A DNA stretch of 64,000 nt from Tubiluchus corallicola (taxonomy: Eukaryota > Animalia > Priapulida), in assembly GCA_030141605.1 (NCBI GenBank), contig JAQGDQ010000307.1, forward strand, positions 210,845-274,844, written 5' to 3'. The notes below the pieces were generated by a model that was not told the origin of the DNA, did not search any database, and saw nothing but the letters and a program-made list of their open reading frames with translations. A program made the translations under genes and the position numbers. Positions 35,776 through 49,500 of the stretch are shown here, piece by piece (the first letter of the stretch is position 1; each line of letters starts with the position of its first letter).

Positions 35776-38700
35776 AAAATTCATTTTCTTGTTGCTTGAC
35801 GCAAATGTTAATTATTATCCTTACATCATGACTCATACCACAAAAGCCTGTAAACTTTTTACATTTAGTTTCATTTGAAAGCTGTAAAAGAGTAACATGA
35901 CTTATTATGCTTTTATTGTAGTTTTTCCCATCAAAAATTTTTGGTGACTGTACAATACTGTACTAAACATACCTCTTCCTGTAACATTGTTATCTGCTGG
36001 TTGAGTTTTCTTGCATAAAAGGTCTGAAATAAAAGATTGTACTTAGCATGAAAGAATTACTTGTTGAAAGTGCAGAATACTGTGCAAGTGAAATATACAG
36101 TGAAAAAAAAGTTTAAAGCATTTTCCAAGGACCTATTTTGCTATCATACATTTGATGAAACAGCAAGAATGTCACTTCTGCAAAGACAACATTAATGTAA
36201 GAGGATTTACAAACAAACTAGTAAGATAATTAAATTGATAGAACTCTTACATACTGGCCAATCGTCACACCATTCATTGTTTTGTGGCAAGTAACCACAA
36301 CAGGTGGTCATATGGAAGCCAAATTTATCAACATATTGAGGCTCAGCAGAATGCTTATGAACAGAACTGGCTTCTTTCTTTTGCTTTTCACCTAACAATC
36401 GGTTATGTAGATGCATCCTATAAAGTAAAAAACATTCAAAGTTACTGCAATCAGGTAAATATGAGATATAATCAATTCATCTTTCCAAAGTTAATATATA
36501 CTGAATTTGCTTAAACATTCGTATCTTTTCAATGATAAATATTTTATACAAATACTTTTCATACAAATATCATGTATTAAAAACGAAAAGTCCAGTGCAC
36601 AGATTTCCTGGACAAGAAGACATAGGATGAATGCAGGGAGCATTAATGCGGGAATTGCATTTTAACCATCAACAAATGTGTTAATGAAAATTAGGAAATA
36701 TCTGTAATGCATGAAGCATGTGTGTATCTCAGAGGCCCGTATCCACTCAGCATCCTGTAGTGCTTCATTACAGCACTGATTATTCTAGTTTGCACTTTAG
36801 TGTATTATATGCTATGGTAATAACATGAAAACTAGATGCCCTGATTTTCACATTTTCGTTCCTGTCTCGAGTCCTTGACTGCCCATAAGCAAGATTCATG
36901 ACTTTACTTACTATAGTTTTAGATTTATTCTATGCTATTCGTTTTGGCTTTTGTCTCGGATCTGTATCTGTAATTTTAAAATCCCAGGTGCATATGTACC
37001 CCACAATATCCAAATACTGATGAAACAAATTATGAATTTAATTCAAAACCATGGGAGGAGTTAAATGACAATCGAACATTTTTCAGATATCCAGATATCC
37101 AAATCCAGTCGCCAATTTAACTGAGACCACTACGCAGGTTTCGTGGCTTTTGCCTCTGCATTTAAGAGTTAGCGTGAATTAAAATTGAATGCCCTAATGT
37201 TCACATTCTGGCTCCTGTCTCAGGGCTTTAAACAATTCCAGCTTTTTAAACAACACCGTTGTCAGAACCCTACTCCAGTGTCTACCACCCTGCAATTTTT
37301 TTTCTAGTTACTATAGTTTTAAAGTTATTCAATGTTATGCACTTCGGCTCCAATCTCAGCCTTAAAGATTCCCAGCTTTTTGAAAGTCTTGGCACATATC
37401 TATCCCATGATAACTGAACACTTTTGAAAAAAAAAATAGAATTTAACTCGAAGCCTAGGAGTTGCACGGCAATCAAAAGACTGACCAATGTCCAGCGCCC
37501 TTGGCATTTTTTTGGCTGAGGTACTGACTATACCACTTTCAAGGCCCCAATCCTGAGTGCCTATTCTGCAAGTTTCGTGACTCTAGCCTTGTTAATATGT
37601 GAGTTAACATAGCGCCTAAGGAAACTGGATATAATGACGATATAATATAATGACGATGAAGGTCTCTTAGAGAGTGGCAAACTCGCAAATAAAGCTATTC
37701 AAAATAGGATATCATGCAAGACTAGAAAGCAACATCATACTCATTCTACAGTAAGTTTATATTACAAATATATCCTTACTGTGCTAGCTGTTCTCCTAAC
37801 TCTTTATCAAATCTTCCACCTCCACCCATGTCAAGGTATTCCATCACAAACACTGCACCACCAGTCTTGGGATTATCTAACACCTATAAATAATGATATT
37901 ATAGTTAATTTGCAGCACGACTGCTATTGGACAACTAATTGTCTTGTCACAAGTATGCCCTTGTTAATTTTAAATTTAAAATAATTATAATGGGTGTTTA
38001 AAATAACAGAATACAGCTCATCTTTCAGCCATCTATTTATCCATCTACTAGATAAATGCTACACAAACTGATAAATCAACTCAACTGTCCAATTCAATGA
38101 GAATGGACTCTGAATAAAGAATTTTAGACATGGAAAATCATTTTTCACCATTCACCTATATAAAATTTAAACAAAGCTGTGTAGTGGCATTGAGAGTATC
38201 TTGATTCACTGACTATAATTAACATACATACCACAAGAGGTTTAGGCACGGTAATAGTGTTTGTGTCATGTATAGCTTTTAAGCTAGCAAATTCTCCATC
38301 AAACATTCTTCTTGCCTAATTTAAAACATAGTTTTTGAAATCTTGTAAATTGCAAGTTACTTAGCACCATATCACTTAAATAAATAAAACAGTATTTAAT
38401 GCAATGAGTAATTTAAAAGTAATTTAGAAAAATCCCATTACAGCAGATTCAAACAAGAACATAGTGTTTGAGTTTCAGTTAGATAGCACCTTTTGCTGTT
38501 TTGTTTTACAGAGTTTCTACATATTACTTGCATACTACAAACATTTAGACTTTAAACAAGTAGTCACTAGTAGTACGTGAGCTATCAAATGTCCACGAAA
38601 CACTAGCAGGAAATCAGATCTGAGTAGGAATGAGATTTTTAAAAAGCTCTTTTGTCTATAACATGCAATGAAAAATATAATCAATGCAAAGTTGGCTAAT

Positions 38701-38903
38701 ACACTGGACTTAAATTTTATTCTTCAACAATAGGCATTGAAGCATTTAAGTTTACTTTTCACCTGTGATTTTTCATTAACTTTCACAAACACCTTTCCAT
38801 GATCAGTCATGTATCCTTGTCCAGAACTGATGCAGCCACCTCCACCTCTCCCAAACCTTTCAAATTTAACAGTTTCAAGTGCTGCCTTAATTTCACTTTC
38901 CAT
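33557..38903 (-). CDS. FN3KRP: Fructosamine-3-kinase / ketosamine-3-kinase (FN3K/FN3KRP family), 8 coding exons, ~308 aa
   Basis: Exons 38763-38903, 38232-38315, 37780-37883, 36255-36417, 35973-36023, 35067-35208, 34000-34174, 33557-33623. Total 927 nt with consistent phases. Motifs 'GGGCISSG', 'VFVKVN', 'MFDGEFASL', '[18 protein letters not shown]', '[12 protein letters not shown]', '[14 protein letters not shown]', '[17 protein letters not shown]'. Confidence 0.93.
35711..35773. repeat. (TTA)n microsatellite
   Basis: About 21 perfect TTA units in an FN3K intron. Confidence 0.97.
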
Positions 38904-39109
38904 TTTCTGCAAATGCAAAAAAATGCGTAAATCATTAGTTGTAGTTGTTAACAAAGAAAAGATTGATATTTGTCTCCTTCCAAGAAATTATCAACTCTAA
39001 AACAATAGCACAACGTATATACAAAACATTATCTGAAAACTGAGTCTTAAAGGTCCACTGACACCCTGGTAGACACTTGCTGTCAATATTCACTATTGAC
39101 TAGCCTGAC

Positions 39110-39760
39110 ACAAAAAAGCGGCTTTATTTCTTTATAAACTTGCACGTATCGGTTTGGTTAGCATTGAAACATTTCAAATTTAGGGCCGCACAGACATCTT
39201 GCGAAAAATGAAAAATCCGGGAAGAAAGCAGAAGTTACATTACGTTAGGAACGACACTGCGCATGTGCGACTCTCGCTGTATTTACATGTTGGCAAAATC
39301 AAGCGATACGCCGGTAATAAAGAGACTGGGGTACCTTTTTTGCAATTTTGGCATTAAGCTCAAATAAAAGGTTTGTCCACACTTACTTGAATGCACTATA
39401 TTTTATAGATGAAAAAATATTAATAACAAAGTACAACGTGTAAACGTTTTAGAATGACATCACTGGTATTTCGCTTTCTTGATCTGATCATTTTCTGATC
39501 ACTTCCGTTTTATAAATGTCTTACTACCAAAGTATCTTTTGCTCGACGTCCCGTTCAGACAAAGCTTCTGACAAACTGTGATCGCTTTTACGTTTTTCAG
39601 CATATAAAATTGTAAAAATAACAGCGGATTCATAGGTACGATCAAAGAGAAAACAACTAGACAATAAGGCACTAATGACAGGTGATTTTGTTTCCTGGGC
39701 TTTACCGACATTTTGAGCCTGTGCAGACCGGGTATACTGTCTGACTTAACACGAGGTTCA
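39110..39760. promoter_or_regulatory. CpG-rich putative bidirectional promoter / 5' UTR exons between the divergent FN3K and ETFBKMT genes
   Basis: CpG enrichment; minus-strand donor TCAA|GTAAGT at 39386 that could splice to the FN3K acceptor at 38906 (3 nt before the ATG); ETS-type CACTTCCG at 39500-39507; NRF1-like TGCGCATGTGCG at 39258-39269. Confidence 0.5.
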
Positions 39761-40659
39761 AAATTAATGGAAAATGGAAAACTAGGAAGAAATGCCTTTC
39801 AGACAACAATTTTTTAACTCACTAAAATAGCGCTCCCTACATTTTTAGATACTTGGGAAAACCTTTGTGGCATTTTTTCGAATGAGCAAATGAGGTTTCA
39901 GAGAAAAAAGCTTTAAATATTTAAGTAAAAATATTCTCATAGTCTGATTGCTGATCGATGTGTATATAAGTTTGATGCAGTCGAGCACCTTCATTCTACG
40001 TGTAACTGCCCAAGCTTCATTTTTCACCATCATCAGGATAGATGGGCATTTCTTTTTGTGGCAAAAGGGAATGATGTTCCATCCTCACTGCTGTTGCGTT
40101 TTGTGGTATTTTTATGTTGAAGTGCCGGCGGCGCGAGCCATCGTCTAATTTATTTTTAGCGTCAAAATATAATTATAACATCATAATGGCATTTGACTCA
40201 CATGTAATTCCAATTTTAGTAATTGCTGTAACTTTAATAACTGCAGCTGCACTCAACTCGCCTATAGGTTGTGATGCAAATAGATTTACAGTGAAGATTA
40301 ATGTTAGAGAGACATAACCCTCACTTTTTGATCTCTGAGTGTTTATATCTACAATGTCACATGTTTTCTGTTTAATATAATTTGTTAACCTTATCAGAAC
40401 TTCAGGTGCAGATAGTATATCGTGCATTACGTCACATATTGAATACAGTTGTAGTGTATGGCCTGTCTAAACTAAAATTATCGCAAAAAATTGACATATC
40501 TGTTTTTAGCATTGTGCTAATTTTTTTATTCTATTTCTGCGGATATGTTTAATCAATTCATATACTTAATTATATACATAATTCCCACACTCACAGATTT
40601 TAGCCGATTTGATAAATTCTAGCAGTGCCTTTATTAAAATTTAATACCTGCAAAAATCA

Positions 40660-40750
40660 CCTGCTGGGGGAGCTTACAGCACCCGCCCCCAGACCCCCAG
40701 GAGCTTTTTCGTTGGGCCCACCCTTTTTCTGAAGCTTGTATCTGCCCCTG
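40660..40750. mobile_element. GC-rich terminal fragment of a non-autonomous DNA transposon
   Basis: GCTGGGGGAGCTTACAGCACCCGCCCCCAGACCCC... ending in GTATCTGCCCCTG. The reverse complement CAGGGGCAGATAC resembles the CAGGGGCG termini at 22607 and 41724. Confidence 0.4.
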
Positions 40751-41723
40751 GTGAGGATGACTGTCATTGCATTAGAATAACTTTGTGCAATGGTAGCTTA
40801 GTAACATTGTCCTTACATTTCTCTTAAAAAACTTAACAATCTACAATTATGAATGACGAATCTCAGAATTACACAGTTTCAATTTTCAAAATCATGATTT
40901 TTGGTGATTTCGTGTGATGGCATGTTTTTAATTTCAAGAAAGTCGAAGTAGAGAAGTAATTTTAAAATGGCACTGGCAATAGGTATACCAGACTATACCC
41001 TATAGCTGAATGAAATATCATTCGCTGAATATTAAACCACAAAACAGCAGTTTAAAATGTTTAATAAAGTCCACATTGAGATATACAAGAAAGTGCAAAA
41101 GGAAAAATTGGTTATTTACATAGAAAAAGTAACAAGAATTGCTTAAATTTAACACAGTTATCAATATAAAGTTGATGCTGCTTTTTGCTCCAATCTCCAT
41201 CACACAAGTAATTATTAGAAATTATATATGTGAAGCATTAGCTACAATTCATGCTGTGTTGATGATAACTTGTCTTTTAATCTTTCTGGAAGCTTTAGGA
41301 ATCTACATATTTAACATTCTTCCTTTACTTTGCATTGGTGATATTTTGTCACTTGTAAAATGGAATTATTTTGAGTTCTACAACAACTGCTGAGTTGTCA
41401 GCTAGCAGAAAGGTGTCTACACTTAATGCTTTGTGGATTAGGTCCAGGGTTGTTGTTGTTCGTTCTTCCATTCGATGAATCTATGCAGTACTGCGATTAG
41501 TTTGAGACAACATATGTCAATGTAAGGCAATGCTCCAATTATAGTAAGAATTCGTAAAGGAACCTTTTATTAAACTTACACTTTGAATGTGAATTAGTTA
41601 GGCTAATTTGGGTATTAGTGTAGATGCTTTTGTTAAAACCTCTACAATATTTACAATTCTTCAAACCTTTAGGGGTTTTACATTTATACTTTATGACCAG
41701 GTTGATTCCAGTATAGGTGCAAG

Positions 41724-42638
41724 CAGGGGCGTCCTGCACCAAAAAAAATTAGCGGGGCCCGACTGTATATAATGGCGGAACTTAACTGTTTAAAAAACAA
41801 ATAATTTTGAATTCCCACACAGTATTTTGCGTGCAAGAAAAACGATTTATTTATTCCCAACTGGCATTTAACTTAAAGCTATAGCAACGGAAACTTAATT
41901 AAAATTAAAAATTAAATTAAAATTTAATTAAGTATTTATTAGCTGTCAGGAATCCAAAGATTCGGCGAAAAGACGACTACCAAAACTTTGTTGTGTTCAT
42001 TCGATTCGAGCTGTAGGATGCAGCCCTTTTATGCAGCAAACTCGTGGGAAAGAGTCGTTAAGGAGTAGCAAAGAGTCGGTAATGTCCAATCAGGAGGTGG
42101 CTCATCAATTTGTATCTCCCAAACCAACTCTCTGGTACTAGGCTAGCTTGACAAACTGACTCTCTGGTACTAGGCTAGCTCAACATGACTTCAATGTTTG
42201 CATTGTTTTTGCTCTATTATTTCACTTGTTCACTATTATAACACACTGCTGAACGAAGCTCGAGTGCTAACTGAGCCGTTTTGTTAACTAACAGTCTTTT
42301 GTGCAAAGACGCTAATGCTACTCAACGAGCTGCTTTGTTCCTGCCTGCCTCCTGAATAGATTACATGCAAACAAATTAACTACACCCTGACTTTCAGGTA
42401 AATACATCTGGTCAGGCACGTATTAACAGTCAGAATAATTTAACTCGGCGACAAACTTTAATGATAAAAAATATTATTGGGCTACTGTACCGAAACGCTC
42501 ATACTGTTCGCATTTATGGAGCGCTGGCCCGCTATTGCGTGTCAAAAAGTCGGAAATAAATTTGCTTACCGTTTGCCATTTTGACATTTTCTAAAAAATT
42601 GGGGGGGGGCCCCGGGCCCCTATAGCACGACGCCACTG
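41724..42638. mobile_element. hAT-superfamily non-autonomous DNA transposon, 915 bp
   Basis: Short imperfect TIRs CAGGGGCGTC / GACGCCACTG; exact 8-bp target-site duplication GGTGCAAG at 41716-41723 and 42639-42646; subterminal GGGGCCC motifs; internal 22-bp direct repeat ACTCTCTGGTACTAGGCTAGCT. Confidence 0.88.
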
Positions 42639-43729
42639 GGTGCAAGAGACAGGATATGACACAGACTTTTAGAATTCTACATGGTATTGACAAAATACAC
42701 ATGGATGACCATGTTACAAGATGTCAACAACAAGAATAACAGACAAGAGGTCATTCATACAAATTACTCAAACATCATATCCAGGGCAGTTGGTCAAAAT
42801 GCCAGCATGTGTTTTCCTTCAGTGTTGTCGATCCATAGAACAAGCTACGAGCAAATGAGGCAACAAACATTGAGCAATTTAGTGGACATCTTGACAAGCA
42901 CTAGCAGCAGCATTCATCAATGCAATTCAATTTATTGCTCAAATACATATAATGTACATTGGCAAAACACAATACAGTACATACATGTCGAATAGTGCAT
43001 ACATATCAAGTTAATTCATAAAAGCTTTGTGCAAAAGGTTATTTTCAGTGTTAGTAATAATAATAATAAACATTTTAGTATAATTTGCATTAACATAGAT
43101 AAGTTAGTTACAGCACGCTGACACAAAACATCATCAAAATTCATAGATCTCATGTTACCCCAATGGGAACAAAATGTTCTGATGACATGACCTTCTTCAA
43201 TCTGCGGTGGTGCCGCTATATCCAGAATTTCAGTTTAAGCTAGTTCAGTATAGTGGAGAGGTAAATACCCTCAGACCCTTGATTATGGACTAACCTCTGG
43301 TTCCGGAAAAACAGCTAATGCGAATACTCCATTTTTAATACTTACGCATTTAGTATGGTCTACAAACGTCTATTTTTCTTGCCTCAATAATCTGAAATCT
43401 AATGCTATTTATTCTACTTCTAGTAAGCACACGACCCATCCAGGAATCCCAGGCAGAAATGAAGCCTCTGGCGCCAACAAACGAAATCTTTTCCATTCAG
43501 AAACCACAACTCAACGTAGGTGAAGATTGTGCATATTGCCAATTGTAAAAAAAACAAAATGTAGTTGCTAGCTGTTAGTAGCTAAGATAAATAAAGATGT
43601 TCAGTAACTTCAGCCAAATCTATCTTTAGGAGTAGAAGAACTTACGCTGTTAGCTGCAGATAGAAGTAGGTGGAATAGAAGTAGGTTGACCAATATATTC
43701 TGAAACTTCTGTATAATTCGTTAATTTTC

Positions 43730-44722
43730 CCTTATTTACAATATTCCATCTTAACATGGGGTACGGCTTTTGCATCAATTCAAAAATTAATACAGACACA
43801 ACAAAACAAAATAGTAAAATTAATAACTTTTGCTCGCAAATATGATCATGCTACACCATCCTTCGTAAAATTACAAATTTTAAAAGTAAGAAATATTTAC
43901 AATCTTTATGTATAAATTCAATGCTGGTTTATTACCCGAACTTTTTAGTGACTATTTCACTAATGTTTCTGATATACATTCCTACTCCACAAGAGCTGCT
44001 TCTAATGAACAGTATTTTGTGGAGAGATTTTTTACCCGACATGGTTTCAATAGCTTAAAATCACGAGGAGTTAAATTATGGAACTCGTTGCCAAAAGATA
44101 CCTTTGAAGGTAGCTTATTTTCTGCTTCCAAAAAATACACAAAATTCTTACTAAATGAATATACCTGTAGTACATAACTTGTAAGACTAATAAGCAAGCT
44201 AGCAAGTTTTTTTTTTCTCTTTTTTCTCCTAATCTCCTAAGTAATTGTTGTTCTTTCTTATACTTACTTTTTCTCTTAAATTTTTCTATATTACACTTTT
44301 TTGATTCTTATTTTATCTCTCCATACTCTCAGTTTTTTAACTTTACTCACTAACCTTGGTCAAATTCCCCTGTCAATAAGACCCCTATTTGAAAATACTA
44401 TATATAATAATCATAATTACTGATTAATTGTATTTTTTTTAGATTTAGGTATCATCTAACTTTATTATTTTTTGTTTTCACTTATACTGTTTTCATTTAT
44501 ACTGTTTTTTATTATTATTTTTTCTTATTTGTTTTTGTTTTTGTTATCTGCAGCCTCACCATTTATTTTTTATATACTAATTTAATTATAAGACAGGGCA
44601 GGAGACTAGATGACCCTATGGTCCTTCCCTGCCCTGCTCCACGATTATAATTACGTAATATTTAAAAAACTTTTTATGTCAAACAAATTGGAGAAAATAA
44701 ATGTTCTATGTCTATGTCTATG
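43730..44722 (+). mobile_element. 3'-terminal fragment of a CR1/L2-group (Crack-like) LINE
   Basis: Degenerate ORF2 C-terminus 'YDHATPSFVKLQILKVRNIY..MYKFNAGLLPELFSDYF..HSYSTR..RGVKLWNSLP'; T-rich 3' UTR; stem-loop CAGGGCAGG...CCTGCCCTG at 44594-44636; AATAAA followed by a (CTATGT)n tail. Confidence 0.8.
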
Positions 44723-46541
44723 AATACTCTGATAAATGTTGATACCTCAATGCCTACAATAGGTGGAATGAAACTTTAAAGAAACTAGCTGCAGGATTGT
44801 CCGGAAAAAGTATACATTTTAACACATAATAATACTAAAAACTTTCTGATAATTAACCTTGATGACATCACAACTGAACAAAATTTTCAACAGCACAGAC
44901 ATTCCACGGCTGTGGTGCATTTTTTTTGCAAAAGTGAAATGAAATACATTCGTAATGTACTACAACATTCAGATATACAAAAAAAACTCGACAGATTCTA
45001 AGTTCTGTGTGTGGTAATAATTCTTTCGCCTAAGTCATTCTTAAAAAAATAGTGCCAATAGTTTCAATATCTTACAGTGTAAATTGTAAGATATAGTTTT
45101 GGATTGAGTTCGGTTTTCCTCTAAACACAGTGTGATGAAACCCAGTGAAATACTTGGGCAGCCCATATACTGCACTTATTTTCCAGAGAGTTGGCGTTTG
45201 CACACTACGCAATAGTGCAAATGCAGTATGGGAGCTAGTGCACCAAACAGTACAAAAAATTAGTTACAGAAATAGCAAAAACTGTGACACATAAACAGTG
45301 TGAACCCAAAGTTTTTTGAGAGCACCAAAACAATGCATTACCGTCAATGTATTCAGCCATCAAAGAAATGGACTGAGATACATTACTAAAATTGATTTTA
45401 TGCAAAGACCCCAATAAAAAGTCACGAATTTAGTATTAATTCCGAAGAGTAGGAGAGTAGCTAAAGTAGGATTGGATACAGCTTGATGCCTATCTTGGGC
45501 AATTGAGCAATATTACTATAACAGCATGAACTAGGTATTGTTATAATACATCAATTTTTGTAAATGGGTTAGAGTAAAATTTCCTAACTAGTGACTTAAA
45601 TTCATAACTAAGTTAAAATCTATCATAATCACTGAGGCTATCCTGAGGCTCATCACATCATGAATTCATGTTCTTAGACATCAAATTATAGAAATTATAG
45701 TTATCATTTATGCTGCACATGCGCGAAAAGATTTTGTACAATTTGGTGATATTGTAAAGCTTTTAGAAAAAAATTGACATTAATTTTTACTAAAGTGTTT
45801 ATCGACAAAGCTTAAAATAAATTGAAATTTAGTCCCATTTATTTACAAACGCAGTCCATAATCACCAAGTGTTTTCAGTTACAGAACCTTGAAACTAAAA
45901 AAGCAGTCTGACAATATGGTAGATCTTATAGCAAGCAAGTAAGGTCAAAGTAATATTCTCCTGCCCTAATTAAATACAAAGCATGAAGTAAAATATTTAT
46001 TTTTCTTCCAAGTCTGTGCATAAGAAATCACAGTGTCTTTTTACCGCTCTATCTAGATCATGAGCATTGCCTACTTTGGGCAAACTATAGACTGAATTCA
46101 CCTATAACTAGCGCTCTGATATACAATATTTTAAAATCAGCTATATTCAATAAAAAAAAATCAGGTTAAATATTTGCTGAATTTGCATGGACAGAGAGAC
46201 TACCATGGTTGGCAAATGCAATTAAGCCAAAGTTGTAGAAGTTAACTTTGCGTGAGTGCATGTAATGCTGTGCTGCTAGCTATCATCATCAGATGGCAGA
46301 GTTGCTTAATTTTGCTACTGATTAGGGAATATCGTTAAATGTAATAAAGGATGATACCTTTTTACTGAAGACTACTACCTTCGTTTTATTAAAAATTACT
46401 TTAGTTTGAAAGAACATGATGCCCGCATTTTATCTTGTAGCACCTATTAATTGTGATATGTTTTTGTTGTGATATTGCAGATCTTGGCATTTGTAGAGGC
46501 ACTATGACCAAGTCTTGTTCCTCAATATAAACTTGGTGAAG

Positions 46542-49500
46542 ATGAAATTTTCCCCATTGTTGTCTATACTGCAAAAAACGTTTACAAGCAGTTGCAACTT
46601 CATTTCTACATGCAAATATATTAAATACAAAAGTCAAGCTGACATAGTAAAATGGATCTGTGAGCACACTGAAGTATCAAAAATTCATATGACACCGGAA
46701 ATAAAATTACGTCTAATTACTCCTTCCTGTCCGTTATGGAAAGCTAGTATAGATGAGTGTACCTTGGATGATCCGTATTTCGCTTTCTACTGGCCTGGTG
46801 GGCAGGTTTTGTCAAGGTATAAGTTTTTTAAGTTAAAGAAACTATTATAATTTCTAGTATCTAACAATAAGAGAACTGTTGCAGCACGTGTAGCAAGATT
46901 TATATTTTGCAAGTTAATTGCAGACAAATAATTTACATCATTACGAATTTTAAAATATGTGATTTGGATAAATAAAGCCTTTGAATATGAAGTAAGAAGG
47001 GTAGTACGATTATGTGATATATGCGTGTAGTAATATTTTGAAGTTATGCGTTATGTTAGATGTAGTAAACAAGACAAGATTACACGTTGATGCAATGTAT
47101 TATGTTACAGATTAAAGATTGAGTTATATTTCTTATATTAAAGTTCAATAACTACAGTGTACTAAATTTCGCAGTTATATGCAGTTATTATAATTGAAAG
47201 TTAAATCTTATGTAGGTATGTTCTAGACAATCCTGATTTATTTTGTGATAAATTGGTTTTGGATGTGGGCAGTGGATGTGGAGCTAGTGCAATTGCGGCC
47301 AGATTTTGTGGAGCACATGTAATTGCAAATGACATTGATCCAGGTAAGCTTTTATTTTTTTACACATGGTTTATGTCAAAAATTTATCAGTAACATCTTG
47401 AATGCTGTTTCATTTTGTTTTCTAGTCTAGTGTAAATTCAATGTGAGGTGCTATGTGATCATTAATTGTTTTATTGTTTCTCATAGAGTACTTAACTTGG
47501 TTGGTTAACTTTGACAGATACTTACTTATTTAGTTATAAACTCGTGGGTCGATCCTATGTCCAAGAGTGCGAACCTCTCTGGAGATCAGTGTAGCAACAA
47601 GATCCTCTGTCCAGTTCTTTGCAGTACGTACTCGTTAGTGATATGGTCTGTCTCTTTGATTCCCACCGTAATGTAATAAGAGCTAGTTCCAAATGCATTC
47701 AGCTGATCTTTCAAACAGACCTGCAGAATTCTGAATCCTTTAAAATCCAGGATTCAGAGCGGCACAGTTGGCTAGGTGCAATCAGAGAATCGTTTGAGAG
47801 AGAATCATTTTGAGAAAGATGTTTGTGGACCTCCAGACCATTGACAGTTTCAAAGACTCGTAGTTTCACTAGGAAAGAGGTGTTTGTGGACCTCCAGACT
47901 ATTTAGAGTTTCAAAGAGCCACAGTTTCAGTTGGGGAGAGATGTTTGTGGACCTCCAAACCATTGAGAGTTTCCAGAAACTATTCCAGGCTATATCATGA
48001 TGCTGTCATATGTCTTTAAATTAAGAAGTTATGAACCCGTCTGGGTATTTGAAATCAGTAACTGATTCCATACTCTGAAAAACAGTCTTAAACAGCTGGC
48101 TGGTTTTCACTTGAGAAGTGATTAACATGAATAACTTTTGTCTTGTCCTGATTTATCATTAGTCCTACAGTGGAAGCAGTGTCTTCTAGATTACTGAGAT
48201 GTCCTGCTGCAGTAGCTGTAATAGAACACTGTCATCGATAATATTATGATCAGCTACAGTAGTAACACCTGGATTGTCTTCATGTGTTCCCAGGCCATGG
48301 TCTAGTTTCATGTAGGATCTCAAATACAATTTGAAAAGGAAAGGTGTTAAAGTATCTCAATGCAGTGTTGATGTCAAATGGGTCACTCATCTGCCATCCA
48401 ACTTAGCTTGACTTTTGCTGTTGGTATAAAGTGGTAAAATAGGGTGTGTATGATGTTCTGTGGTATACCATAATGTCTTAGTATATCCCACACTGTTTCT
48501 TTGCTGATGGAGTCGAAGGCATTGCTGAAGTCCATAAATGTAGCTATCAATGGTATTTGACTTTGATGATAAACCTTGAGTATTCTCTGCAGCGAATGGA
48601 TTTGCTGAAGGCAGCTCTAACTTTTCTTAAATCCATCTGTTAGGTTCGCAAGAGGCAGTTTAACAGCATAACATAATGTACACCTTGCCTGTACTGATAT
48701 TAGTGATATGCCCCAGAAGTCCTTCACTTTTTGAAGTTTTCTTTGGAATAGAATTTTGATATCCTCAGTTATTTTGGAGCCCTTGTTTGGTTCTGCACTG
48801 AACTGCACACTTCAAGCAGAATGGACTGAAGGCAGTCTCCTCTGAGATGGAGTGTTCCCGAGGTAACAGACTGATCTGTGCCAAACTGGTGAATTTTACA
48901 GCTGCTAAGAGTTCTTTTGTGAAATTGACATGATAAAACAAAAAATGTAAAGGAGGCTTTGTAGATTTTATAAACACTGAAGGTTCAGGTGGAATGTCCT
49001 GTGTATGCTATAGGTGGACAATCTGTGTATCATATGTTAAGTTATTTATTGTAATTTCCAATATAAATACTAAAGCTTAATTATGTAGCACATACACGTG
49101 TATTTTTGTTTGACAATATGAACAGTCTGAGCATTTAGACGTATATGGGTAATATGTATACATGTATTTACAATACGTTGCATATATTACAGCATTTGCA
49201 CTCGGGATATAATAATAATAAGTTTATTGACCAATACAATGCAATACAATACGTGCAATATAATATAATACAGTATAATATAATATAATACAATACAATT
49301 TAATGCAGTACAACATAATATAACACAATATATAAAGACAATAAACCTAAATGTTTAATTATGTGCTGGATATGTTAGGTGAACTGTATGACAGCATATG
49401 TATTATTTTTCTCTATAGTTGCTTGTACAGCCATCAGAATGAATGCAGAACTGAATGGAATTTCTAACATTGCTCAAGTCTCTGATCCTATGCAAATCCA

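Noticed and set aside
47818-47975. CRISPR-like repeat/spacer array
   Set aside because: The 'spacers' are homologous to one another, the context is eukaryotic and there are no cas genes; it is a plain tandem repeat within a LINE remnant.
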